A stretch of DNA of 62,807 nt, counting the filler, from Platydemus manokwari (taxonomy: Eukaryota), in NCBI GenBank assembly GCA_037951405.1. It is 5 parts of 5 records of this genome, joined end to end, with 100 filler letters (N's around TTAATTAATTAA, not from the genome) between each part and the next. Parts side by side here need not be neighbours in the genome. Positions count along the whole stretch, not along the records: positions 25,139 to 34,199 come from JBBMOY011305539.1; positions 34,300 to 53,691 come from JBBMOY011955824.1; 3 more parts are not named here. The stretch is one strand, 5' to 3'. Of this stretch, positions 25,139-37,800 are shown one piece after another (position 1 is the first letter of the stretch; every line of letters starts with the position of its first letter). The notes beneath the pieces were generated by a model. The model worked only from the letters and a program-made list of their open reading frames with translations, was not told the origin of the DNA and did no database searches. A program made the translations under genes and the position numbers.

Positions 25139-27709
25139 AAGGAGGAGCTAGAGAAACACTATACCAAGAAACAAGAACCTCTTTTTGTATTACCAGAATG
25201 CCAAGAACCATGTAGTAAGGCGTGTAACAAATTTTGCGAACTAAAGAAATATACAAAAAGAGGCCCTAACTTCTCCTTCAGACGGATCGACATTGATGTA
25301 ATATACAGAACGATCAGGCAAAAAGACCGGACGGCTCCAGGACGCAACAACATTGGGTATAAAGACATTATTTATGGTGATCCGGAATGTCTCTTGCTCA
25401 AAATATTATTGGATAAATGCCTTGATGAATTGGAAATTCCTGAGGAATGGCGAATATATTCTACAACTATGATTCCCAAACCAATGAAGGAAGGGCATTA
25501 TAATGAGGTTGGTTCCTGGAGGCCGATTGCTTTACTTGACTGCTGTTACAAGATTCTTACTTCGATCTTGTGCCAGCAGCTCAGGTCCTGGACGGATGAG
25601 AATAATCTAATCCACCCATTGCAAAAGAGTCTTGGACCCACGGATGGGTGTGCTGAGCACAACTTTTTACTCAGGACTCTTCTTGAGGCTTATTCTAAGA
25701 AAGGAAGAGACGATATTCATATTTCATTTATGGATATTGAGGAAGCCTTTCCTTCAATAAGCATCAAGGCAATGATTGGACTTTTGAAACACATGGGTCT
25801 TGATTCTAACTCCACCAAGTTCATTAAAAGTCTCTATAGAAACTGCAAGACCACACTGAAATGTGGTGACTATGAGACGAACCCAATCGAGATGAAGCGC
25901 GGGGTCCGCCAAGGGTGCCCTATATCAATGCTGCTTTTAATATTGCTATGAACCCAATCTTGGTCAAATTGGAGAATAACAAGCTTGGAGGGCTACTCGT
26001 GGCGAATCACAAAATATCTTGCGCTGATCGGGCGGAATGGAGATAGTATTCAGGACATGATAAATGAGGCCACTGACCTAGCCACGATTTTGGGTTTTAA
26101 ATTCAAGAAAGCAAAGTGTGGCTACGTCTATAATGTAAGGAAAGGATCCCTCCTTGATAAGATTAAAGTTAACAAAGAAGAGATACCAACAATTACCTTG
26201 GAAGACCTTGGGGTTAACTTTAGTCTCAAATTACACAATTCAACAGAGGGACTGTTTAATGATCTTCAACTTTCTATAGGAAAACTATCCAATTCAATCC
26301 TCCTTCTTTGGCAAAAATTAAGAGCCTTGGAGCTTTTTATTCAAACAAAATCTATTTTCTACTTAAGAAATTACTACATAACATTCGCGCGCCTGCTAGA
26401 GATGGATGTTATGATGCGGAAGTACATTAAGAACATATTAGGGGTTCCGAAATACTGCAGTACAAACTACCTGTACGTATCCAAATCAAGTGGAGGATGT
26501 GGGCTTAGAAACTTGTGTGAAGATTACACTACGCAATCCATCATGCATGTTTTCTACCTACTGACGAGTAAACTCGAAATGACAAGACAAGTTGAGATCC
26601 GTTCTCTATGCCAGGGTGCGAAAACAGAAACATGCACCGACACTTGTAACATATCGCAAGCACTGGAGTGGATAAACACACACATGACCCAGATTCAGAG
26701 AAGTAAAACATGGTGGGGCAAAGTCCGCGAGTCGATCAAATATGCGGCAAACAAATTAAACACTAAGGTCCAATTCATATACGTTAACGAAACCATCATG
26801 CTCCGAATCGAACAAAACATACATGTAGAAAATAGGGTCTTTTCTCATTCCGGAATCATAGAGCCCAAGAAATTCAAGGAGGCGCCAAAGTTGCTGAGAA
26901 GGTGTTTCGTTCAATCTTACCAGATTGAATGGACAAAGCAAGTGAGAAGTGGGAGGTATAATACTTTTTTAGGTACAGTAAGCCCACTGTGGAGCAAGAT
27001 TATTTTTCATGGGTATCTATCGATTGCCGAGTTCCACTTCATTCACAAAGCAATAACCGACACACTGCCAACACTCAACAAGAAATTCATGAATGGTATG
27101 GCATGTCGAAAGTGCCTATATCCAACAGAATCACAAACTCATATCTTTACTATGTGCCCTCCTTCAAGTTCTTTTAAAACATACAGGCACAATAAGATTG
27201 TGGATATAGTTGCACGTTTTATAGAATATAACACGGACTTTAGAATTTTTATAGATGAAAAATGCCAGTTTGTTGATTCCAGCCTACGAGTAGATTTAGA
27301 GATAATAAATGAGCGTAAATCAACAATTATGCTCATTGATATCAAGTGCCCAATGGATGAGCCTAAGTTAATAGATGAAACAGATAAGAAAAATCTGTCA
27401 AAATATAAACAATTGCGTAATGATATAAAATCAAAATTCCCCAAATTCGCGATGGAATTGTATACTTTTATAGTTGGAGTATTGTGCACTTGGGTTAAGA
27501 CTAATGATTTAATATTGAGAAAACTCGGGTTGAGTCAACAACAAATCAACAAGCTGGCAATGAAATGTATTAAATCAAATATTAGCGCATCGTTCCCCCA
27601 ATTGCAGTTCCACACGGGTAAGTGGAATGTCAACATACCAAGGTCAAGTAAGATCCATCCGAACTTATCTTTCTCGGCAAGTGAGGGGGAGGACGATGAC
27701 GCTGAATAA
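25139..27709 (+). mobile_element. R2/NeSL(R5/Utopia)-type non-LTR retrotransposon ORF (RT, CCHC, restriction-like endonuclease); 5'-truncated by the contig edge and inactivated
   Basis: Frame is open from 25139: TAPGRNNIGY (domain 0), WRPIALLDCCYKIL, GCAEHNFLL, FMDIEEAFPSI, GVRQGCPIS. A frameshift occurs near 25935 and YADD is missing near 26015. Then follow GGCGL, CRKC..ESQTHIFTMC, RHNKIV, LRVDL..IDIKCP and K..KY (REL PD..D/ExK-type motifs). Confidence 0.93.
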
Positions 27710-27829
27710 CTTTTAATCGGACTTTGCTTATTTTTATCTGACGTTGACTTTTTGGTATTATGTATTTTGTTATTATTTATTCATTGTTATTTTGGTATTG
27801 TATTTTTTGGTCTTTGAATTTTATTGAAC

Positions 27830-28315
27830 TTATAAGTTTAGAACTATGAGTTCTGACTTGCGGGCTCGGAGCTGTAACCTCGGACTTTTATCTTTTCGAA
27901 GTTATGATTTTGGACTTGTGAGTTCTGACTTGTGGTTTTGGACTTGTATTTGGTTTTTGGATTGAATTTTAGCGAAATTGACTTTTTATGGACATGTGAT
28001 TTCAGACTTATGAGTTCGGACTTGGAGGTTCGGAACTGTGGCCTCGGACTTTTAACTTTCGGGGTTGTGGTTTCTGACTTGTGGGTTCGGAGTTGTATTT
28101 TTGAAGTCATATTTTGTATTTGGTTTGGAATTTGTGGAAATGGCCGTTTATTAACATGTGTTTTAAAAAATAAAACTTATGAGTTCGGACTTGCGAGTTC
28201 GAGACTGTAACTTCGGAATTTTTTCTATCTTTTCGGGGTTATGGTTTCGGACTTGTGGGTTCGGACTTGCGAGTTCGGACTTGCATTTTGTGTATTGGAT
28301 TAGATTCTGTAGATA
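27830..28315. repeat. Tandem repeat: three diverged ~165-bp units built from 14-bp subunits (gagttcggacttgc-like)
   Basis: Units start at about 27845, 28008 and 28177, each beginning (t)tatgagttc(g/t)gacttg and continuing ..ctgt(aa/gg)c(c/t)tcgga..tttcg(gg/aa)gtt(a/g)tg.. Confidence 0.88.
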
Positions 28316-28464
28316 TGAACTCTGTCAAAATAATCATGTTCGGAACAACAAGAACTCCAAGTCACCAAGAAACTTTGAAAATAGCCACCTGTGATACTAG
28401 AAGCCGATCTTTGGAAAGGAGTCTAGATTTAAGTCATACTTGTATGACTTTTTGGATATACATT

Positions 28465-28600
28465 NNNNNNNNNNNNNNNNNNNNNNNNNNNNNNNNNNNN
28501 NNNNNNNNNNNNNNNNNNNNNNNNNNNNNNNNNNNNNNNNNNNNNNNNNNNNNNNNNNNNNNNNNNNNNNNNNNNNNNNNNNNNNNNNNNNNNNNNNNNN
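28465..28600. other. Scaffold gap (136 N, no linker motif)
   Basis: Run of N without TTAATTAATTAA. Confidence 0.95.
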
Positions 28601-29089
28601 GAAGAGTTTGGTCCTCTGGAATAGATCGTTGTTGATATTGAGCACTTTGAGGAATTTATGACTAAAAATAAATATTTGTGGGCTATTGTAGATAGATTCA
28701 GTAAGTCAGTAAGCTTAGTGCCACTTATTCGAAAAGACAATATCAGTATTTCCAAGTCTACCATTGATAATTAAATCTATAGGTATGGTTCTCCAAAATT
28801 AATGTTCACTGATCAATGTGTAGTCTTCGAAAGAAGGGAAATGAAGGAATTAACGATATGTTTTGGAATAAAGCAAGAATTTACCTCTCCATACCAACAC
28901 CAGGGAAATGGATTGGCCATAAGGATGAATAGGACGGTCCGAGACATGGTGGCAATAATACTGGCATCAGAAAAACGGGCTTGGGATAAATTAATACCAC
29001 GGATAAAATTTATCATCAAAGCAACATATCAGAAATCATTTCAACATTCTCCTTTTGAAATAATGTTTGGACGAAGAACTAATATGTGA
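28601..29089 (+). mobile_element. Decayed Gypsy integrase (rve) fragment
   Basis: IVVDI..KYLWAIVDRFSKSVSLVP..YRYGSPKLMFTDQ..FGIKQEFTSPYQHQGNGLAIRMNRTVRDM..WDKLIPRIKF..SPFEIMFGR, with in-frame stops. Confidence 0.9.
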
Positions 29090-30137
29090 CGGATTACGAC
29101 TAAATGAACCAAGCCACCACGACCAGATCATCAAAGAAACGAAAAACCAGAAATTTAAGGAAATTCGATGCTATAAATAGAAGTTGTAGAATTTTCGTGG
29201 TTGGAGAAGAAGTTTTAGTGAAGTAAGAACGACACAAGATAAAGAAGAACGGAGATCGATGTGAAAGTCCTCAGATAATTTTGAAATTTTTAAGCCCACA
29301 CCAAGTGATTCTTGATTTCCAGGGACAACCAAAACCTCGAATAATTGGGTGGCTAAATAGAATCTCAAAAACAACGGGAGAGGGAAGTTAGATAAAAAAA
29401 TATTTGTTTTAATATTAAAAAAAACAAACGCGTATGATTTTTAAATAAAATAAACGATTGATGGAAACAACTTATGTTTTTACTGAAGTATTTCGGAAAT
29501 AATCAGACACAATATATTTATTCCAAATAAATTGATACAATGATGATTCCAGAATAATGGTAAAGAATAAATATAAATACCTGTTGAATAAATCTGTAGA
29601 TGAGATTCTAGTATAGTAGGAAATGAAATAAATATTTAGATGAAATTTAGTAATACAAAATTGCGCGGACAAACGTCAGAATCAATTGGAATTTATCTTT
29701 AATGAATTTATCAATATAAATTGGTACCAATAAATATTATAATTAAATCGAAATTACCAACAGTGAAAGGAAATTATTAGCTCAAATTTGAAATAGATGA
29801 AAATCAATTAGATTTACCAGACGGCATGAAAAGCCGCCTAAATACCAGCGTGATTTTTTTTCAATTTGGATAAGTTGCTTTGAAATTTACTTAGTGCCGT
29901 TGGTGGCTACCTCATTTAAATTCTAAATTTCGCTAGAGTTAGTCATTAGTACGTTTTGAGGTTATTAGAATTTTGGGATTAAGTAAAGAAAAAGGGTTCT
30001 TTGGCCCCATTTTAAAGTAATGACTTTTCGTGAGTTATTTGATATTAAAATTTATTTGTAATTATTTTTTAATGAAATTTTTACATAAAATTCAATTTTA
30101 GATTAAAAACTAAAAGTCAACTCTAACAACCAAAAAC

Positions 30138-30262
30138 CATGTCTTCGATGAGCGCTACTATATTTGGCACTTTCTAAACATTTCTCGCAAATATTTAGAC
30201 CTGGAATTATATTTCTATGCCAAGATATTTCTTCATTGGCAAGGAATCCACAAACTTTGAAC
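30138..30262 (-). other. Isolated exon-like segment of unknown gene
   Basis: ttatttag|G TTC AAA...CAT G|gtttt, an open 125 nt encoding FKVCGFLANEEISWHRNIIPGLNICEKCLESAKYSSAHRRH. No family recognised. Confidence 0.25.
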
Positions 30263-33200
30263 CTAAATAAATAATTTTAAATTCTTGGTTATATTTTAAT
30301 AAAAATTGTCATCATTTGCTGATTGTTAGTTTACTAATGAATATCATTTTATAAATATAACTATTTTGTGTAAGCCCCGTGAACCAAAAATACCTTATTC
30401 AGAATGTCGAAAAGAGGTAAGGCTGAATTGTTGAACCAAGTCCCTATGTGTGACATCTTCACCTGTACGATTTATTTGATTTGGATCAAAACTTCATTTC
30501 ATTACAGCATCAACAGGTTTGGGATCCATGTATCCAATTAATATACTTCTTTTGAGAGAAAACACAAGTACCTTGTTCCTGGCACTCTTCAATAATTTCG
30601 AAGTCACGTTTTTTAAAAATAATTCTAAAAACCTTAGACATCATTCCATTTGCTTCTAATGTTAAAAGAAAGGGTCATCGCTAATTTTTTTAGATTTTAA
30701 AAATCACATGTCTATATTATTTGATTTTAAATAACTAAAATTTTTCTCCAGTACTTAAATAAAAAATTCAAAATGTTATTAAAGAATTTAATTAAATAAG
30801 CTATATAGATTTTTGCAATACACTCCACAAATTAAAAAATTTATTTTAGAACCCTTTATTAACTTTAGCCAAATTTTTAAAGATTAAGTTGTACATTCGT
30901 GTTTTTTCCTTACAAATCATAACAATATTTTATATGATATTTTTGAATGGTAATAGAATAAAATAATTGTATTCTTTAATAATATTCGTATAACCAAAAA
31001 TCTTGATATAACACTTAATTTTATATCGATAATTATCAATGCATTTTTCCTGACAAACAGTTGATGAAACATTGACCAGACCATGCATATAATTGTTTAC
31101 CGTTTAAATTTATTGTGGAATATTCTTTTCAAATATTATATTCTACAAAAAATGTGTTTCGGGATCTTGGAAGAATTTAAAATTCTTAATATATTGTTAC
31201 AATTAATCGATAGACATTTGTCTTGTAAGGGTGATTAAAGAAATTAAAGGTTGCCATTAAAGCTGTGATACTCAGCGCATAATAACCATAACCACTTGAC
31301 TCCAAAAAATACAATTCGAATAATCTAAAAGCAAATACCAAGAAATCTCAGCCTCGTTATTTATACTTGAATTTTGAGATTATTTTTTGTGTCACATTTT
31401 AATTTGATATTTCATTTTTCCAATTCCAGTTATTTTCTATAACCATGATAGGTCTATTACCATGTGTTTGTTGCTATGTAGGTTGCTCCTTTTTCGAATC
31501 GGAAACCTGAATGTATGTCTTCTCTGATTGTCTGGTTACCATACCAACATGGTCGTAAATGCATGCATATGTACAAAACGTCAAAACAAGGATGTATGAT
31601 ATTCATCTAAACTCAACAGTCTAGGCAACAACATTTATGTGCAAAAAACATCAATAATGTTTTATTATATCAAATATTAATAATAATAAACATTATAAAT
31701 ATTTAGCATTTATAAACCGATTCAGATGAACATTCCGTTCTTTTCCCAGGTTGCTATGTTACTTGATCTCTTGTAGTAAGACAAATAATCATGTAACTAA
31801 ATAATATATTTCAAATATTGAGATATCCATGTAATAATAAATAGGGGGTGAAGAAAATTTTAATATTTCACTCTAATTGATTTCGAAGCCGGTTAAGTGC
31901 ACAATCTCTTGATAATTTATCCCCTTTAAATGATTACGTAATAATTAATGAAACGTTTGTGAAATATTTATAAAAAAAATATCATTAATATTTATAAAAA
32001 TTTTTAACGATAGCAACGAATGCTGTTTGTGTGAAATTTTGACTCAGTTGTGTACAGAATACCATGTTAGATTTGGTTCACGGTATTTCGTAGTGGTAAA
32101 TTCCAGATATTATTTGTTTGTCGGATTTTAATTATTCGATTTGGAAAAAGATACTTTCAACTGTCATTGCAATATCTCTGTGACAATTTTAAAGTCAATA
32201 ATTGATAGTTTAATTGATTATCTTAAATAGAAAATATATTCATATCAAAAAATATATTTGTATCAAAAATATATTTGATCGAATTAATTTACATTAATAT
32301 TGTAATTAAATATTTTGCTTTGGTTGAAATTTTTAAATCGATTTCATGGCTTAGTTAATGAAATGGTAGTCAGTGGAGAACAGATTCAATTTGTAAATGT
32401 TTTAAATAGATTTTTGATTATTTTTTTCAATGGTTTGCATATTAAATCCGTCCAGTTTCTATTGTTAGTATTTGAATTTAAAATTTCCTATTTTGGCTTT
32501 GTTAGCTATTACTATTACAAAAAAGACACACCGAAAATGAACTGAATGGACACGATAATAAATTATATATTCAAATACAATTTAGTGCTTCATAAACTCG
32601 TAGAGGCTTACATGGTGACCACACAATTGGACTCAAATCGGTGAATGTCTATGGTGTGCAAATATAGAATAGGAGAAAATTGGGATTTTAAATGTAGGAG
32701 ATAAGGAAAAGATTATGAATAATATGGGTGAAAAATAAATTAAAATTATTAATGTAGACGGATTTGTAAAATAATTTTAAAATCTCAAAGGGAAAAATAA
32801 AATAATAAACAAAAGTAATTATTTATAATCCGTCAAAGAAAACACTAAATAAATAATGGAAAAATCATAAAATTTGATCTGCAAAAATGACTTCTAAAAG
32901 ACAATCTCGAAATCACGATAATAATTCTGTAAGTAATCAGGATACTAATTCGTGCTAAGTGCAATTTTAATAAAAGTTCACAGAGATGGCTTTTGTCCAT
33001 ATTTTTAAATCTATATTTATTCATATTTTTCAACAGAAAGAAGGTTCATTATCAGAGACTTTCTTAGTTGACCCTCGTTTTTAAACTGTGTGATTCATTA
33101 AATTTGAAATATTGAGTGATTGAGAAATTAAGTGTGAAAGGGAGTTGAAATATTTTTATTGTGAAAAGAAATTTGAAATATTCAAATTGTAGAATTTTGA

Positions 33201-34199
33201 TAGAGTCAAATAAATTATATTATTACGTTTTTGTTTATAATATTTTAGAGCACACACCTACCGGATTGACATTGCTCTTCAACCGGTAGTATTGAACTCA
33301 CAATATAATTAAAACAAGAAATAATAACCCCAACAATATTATAAAAATTCAATATTATATTTTGAAAAGATCATTTTAATAAATTGGCTTTAAAAGATAT
33401 CATATTATTACCAACTTTCCAGGAATTCATATTGTTGTTTAATCATCGTTCAATTATAATAATAAGTAAATCAAATTCAATAAAAGAAAGATATAATAAA
33501 TAATCACTGCCGGCATACACTGGTTTTTTATGAAAATCACTAAAGTATTGTCATGTGCACAATCTGACACACGATAATATCAAAACCCTAAAAATAAAAA
33601 TGGCATATAAACAATGGGGGGAATAAGAAGACACTTTGAAAATGCTTTGCAAATCTCTCTTATTAAGACAAGAATATGGATAAAATCGGGATAAACTAAA
33701 ACTAGTAAAAAGGAAGTAATTGAAGAAATTGAAACAATGGAGGAGTCAAGTAATAACCAGAAGTACTTATGGAACAACATCGCCTTAGATAAATAAACGT
33801 TATCAGCTTATCATTAGAAAATTTTATTTTAAAATTTAATAACATACTGTGTTTTAACTCGATTGTTCTCTTAATCCATTCTGTTTATGTTAACATTGAG
33901 AGAAAGCAAAGCTTCAGTCCAAATGCCTGGGTTTATATATTTTTTAACATGGGGATGTAAGTGTACTTACCTGGATATTTTATAACCAATAAGCGAATTA
34001 TCTGCTGGTCGCTACAAAAATATTTCAGAAATATTATATTTACTCTAAAATACGGCATCGTAAATCTAATTAATTTGTTATACTAAATACTAAACCAGCC
34101 ATTTAAGTTTTTCAAAACTTGTAAATTATCTTATTAAAAATATTATTCGACGTCGATAATTTTGTGGACAACCTTTTATTTGAGTATATTTAATAAATG

Positions 34200-34299
34200 N
34201 NNNNNNNNNNNNNNNNNNNNNNNNNNNNNNNNNNNNNNNNNNNTTAATTAATTAANNNNNNNNNNNNNNNNNNNNNNNNNNNNNNNNNNNNNNNNNNNN
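34200..34299. other. Artificial contig linker
   Basis: 44 N + TTAATTAATTAA + 44 N. Confidence 0.97.
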
Positions 34300-34816
34300 T
34301 AAGCAAAATCCTTTTATAAATATTAATATGGTATATTTATTTTTAATATAATTTTTTAAAAATATCTTTTAGATCAAATTTTTATAATTTTAATCTTGCT
34401 TGAATTTTAATTATTAATCATATTTTTTAAAATAAACCTCACGGTAACACTACTATCAATTATTTGTTATATGATAAACCAATAGGATTTTCCCATAACA
34501 TAATTGTTCTCAATTTTGCCGAAATTTTTCCTTTCGATACATCGTAAAGTATTCAAACAATCCATAGCGAAACCCGAGTACACATATCGTTTAATCGAAT
34601 GCTTTTAATAAATCTAACAAAAACTTGAACCCAATTTTTGGAGAGAACAAGATTGATGTTATCTCATTAATTTTAAATTGAAATACCGAAACAATTTATA
34701 ATTATTTTCAATCATTATAAATCATTTGTTCCGAATTTGTGAAATATAAATAGTTTACTGATAATTTTTGAAATATTTTATTTGTCTAAAAATTGTTAAA
34801 ACACAATAAAAATTAC

Positions 34817-37800
34817 TCTGGGCCAAAGATGTTGACAATATTCGAAATCACGTGATGGAAGAATTTCATTTTCTTGATCAGTGATTAGAAATAGCAAACA
34901 CTGAATGCAGTGCACCAAAGTGTTGAGCTGCTGAGCGGTGCATTGACCTGATATTTCACCCAATGTTGCCTCGAGCAACCATCCGTATTCGATGAGACCA
35001 TCTGTGAACATGGCATGTCCACGGATTTGTAAACCTTCGAGAACCAGTGAACCACGATTTAAAGACATCACAACATCACGACGTTCCTGGAAATAAATTC
35101 ATAACCGTTTTCAAACTAACTGAAAAACAACTTCAAATACAAGTCCAATAAAATTGGTATAAATATTTATGACCTGTTACGTCAGTTTGTATTTTTATTT
35201 AATATAATTGTTTTCTTTATATGTACCTCATGTAGAAATGTATAATTTATTAAACAAGAAAATATTTTGGGTTGGTGCAGTTTTTTAAAATTATGAAAAA
35301 TGCATACAGACCAAGAGTAAAAAAATGCAAAAAATTCCAGATAAAATGAATTTATGAAATCATAAGAAAAAACAAATATCTCAATCTCAATTGGTGAAAT
35401 ATTCTCCACCACAATCTATCACTTCCTTCCACCGTTCTGACAAAAGCTTGGTGATTTTGGTCGAAAAATTCTTCAATCAATTTCTCATCATCTGGAAAGG
35501 AAAGATTGATGTTGCTGCACAGTAGATTAATGGCGAACGAGTAAAGGTGCAGAAATCGAAACATGTTGATTTTAGCAACTTTCTTTAAGAGGTGAGGTAT
35601 CCCTGATCCAAGCTTTTGAACTGTTCCAATTTTCTTGAGATGTCGAGAAATAGTGGTGTGATCACAATCCATGGCTTGTTCAAGCGCTCTTGTTGATTGA
35701 AACAGATCATCATGAATCAATTGGTTCAAAGAGTCTTTATCAAAGTCACTAGGTCGGCTTGACCGAAATGGATATTTTAAATCAAATTTTCCATCGCTAA
35801 ATTTCGAAAACCCCTTTTTTTGCTGTTCGTTCACTGATTCCCTTTTCTCTATCAACGCAACAAATCATTCTCGTCGGTTCTGCAGGGTTTAAATGTTGAT
35901 TAAAATATAAAAGGAGTAGATGCCGGAAATTTGCATTTTTATCTACCTGACACTCCATTTTAATTAGGGCAATGAAAGTGAAAGTTAGTCTAAAATGAAT
36001 TAAATAGATAATTCAGCTGAATGAATACAATTCAAATAAGTTAAAACAAGAAGTTGGTGTGTTTTCTTTTCGACCAATAAAACTGCACGAATTTATGCAC
36101 CAACCCAATAGTTAAAGCAAATAACTGAAAAATAATTGGTTGAATTTATTTATGGAAAATAAATCTATGATAAAAACCGAATATTGAATGACCAATTTTT
36201 CAGAAAGCATAAAACAGAGTCTAACTCAGTTAATATTCTCCCAATCAGCTTCTAGAAAAACAATGATATTCCTTTAATTTATTATTAATCGGATAACATA
36301 ATAAAATACATAGGAAATTCATTTCCAATCATCGAATCTAATTTTGAATATCGAATATAATTTCAAACAAACGATATTATTCTCGATCGAAATCACAAAA
36401 ATACTGTAAAAATAAACATCCGAAATTCAAGATATATATCATATTTAAAAATTTATTTTTCACAGATATCAATCGACATTCATTATGATGCCATCATTAT
36501 TTGTTTCATACGCTAGACTAATAATCATATATATCGAAAAATCTATAAATAAATTGATCAACGGGATATGTTTTCTGAATCAAATTATTATTACAAAACC
36601 AGACTAAAGATAGTTGCTATTATTAACATGAATATATTATTATTATTATAGAATATTAATCGTTAATAATAACAAATTTAAAGCAATAATAATTATTAAA
36701 AAAACAAATAAAATGGAGAGATATATGCCTTTATACGAATTTTACAAATTGATGATCATCCAAATGTATGTGTGAGTGTATATATGGGTGTGTATGTGTG
36801 TATGTATGCATGGATACAAGTATCCGAAAAAACTAGTTTGGCATTATTAGATCTGAAATAGAATTTTTTTCAAATACGAGCAGTAATCACGGAATGGCAG
36901 TAAAATGGGTTAAAAATTCATAGCGAAAACAGTAATTATTTAATCCAAATGGTCCTTGAAATCAACCCAAATGAAAACATTTTCTTTTAAAATTAACATT
37001 ATATGCATTCATGACAGCAATTTTCTTCCATCATATGTTTGCCAAATTTACTTGAGCATAATCTCAATCTACTGTAAAATTTCTCACAATAAAAATACTC
37101 GCCAAAGAATTGGAGAATTGAATGATAGATAAACCAATAAAAATATGGAAATGTACCATATTATCTGGTGAAATCTGTGTATGAATAAATCCGCTATCTA
37201 TTCAGCTTCCAATAATATTTAACTATCATTAAAATATTATTACTTTTTTCAAATTATTCGCACCTGACCCCTGATATGAAAGTTCTCAATGTTTGTATAA
37301 TACAGGTCACGGATCAAATAAGCGCTTTGAAATACGTTAATTTTATAAGTTTAATATTGCGAAATATTTTACAACTGTGCTCTGACCCAGAGCTTTCCCA
37401 TTGGTATCCCCAATCAATAGATGCCTCTCCTTTGTGATTTAAAGAAAATCACAATTTTTATGATTGGAGTAGAACTCATAATATATAGTAGAACTCATAC
37501 GGAAAATCGAGATTAATTCGATACACTTATTTCCTAGTTTATCATAATAGAAATTTATCACAAAAGAAAATTTCCAAAAAGAATATGATAAAGATGATGA
37601 CGGATTATATCCAAAAATGATGGATCTTCATTTAATTTTATGTTTTAAACTATCTTTCAGACAATTTATTCTGATTTTATGGAATGATGAACTCGACTGT
37701 CATATCTTTTTGACATCAATAAATCAACCCTCCAAACCGACCAATTTCAGAAATATAATCCTTCTTCAACAATAATTTAGACAACTTTCAAAGGCTTGAA

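Noticed and set aside
27844-28394. ORFs of 88, 92 and 71 aa, and a possible CRISPR-like array
   Set aside because: The ORFs arise from the tandem repeat. There are no unique spacers or cas genes, and the context is eukaryotic.
28255-28764. ORFs spanning the N gap
   Set aside because: Artefacts of translating Ns.
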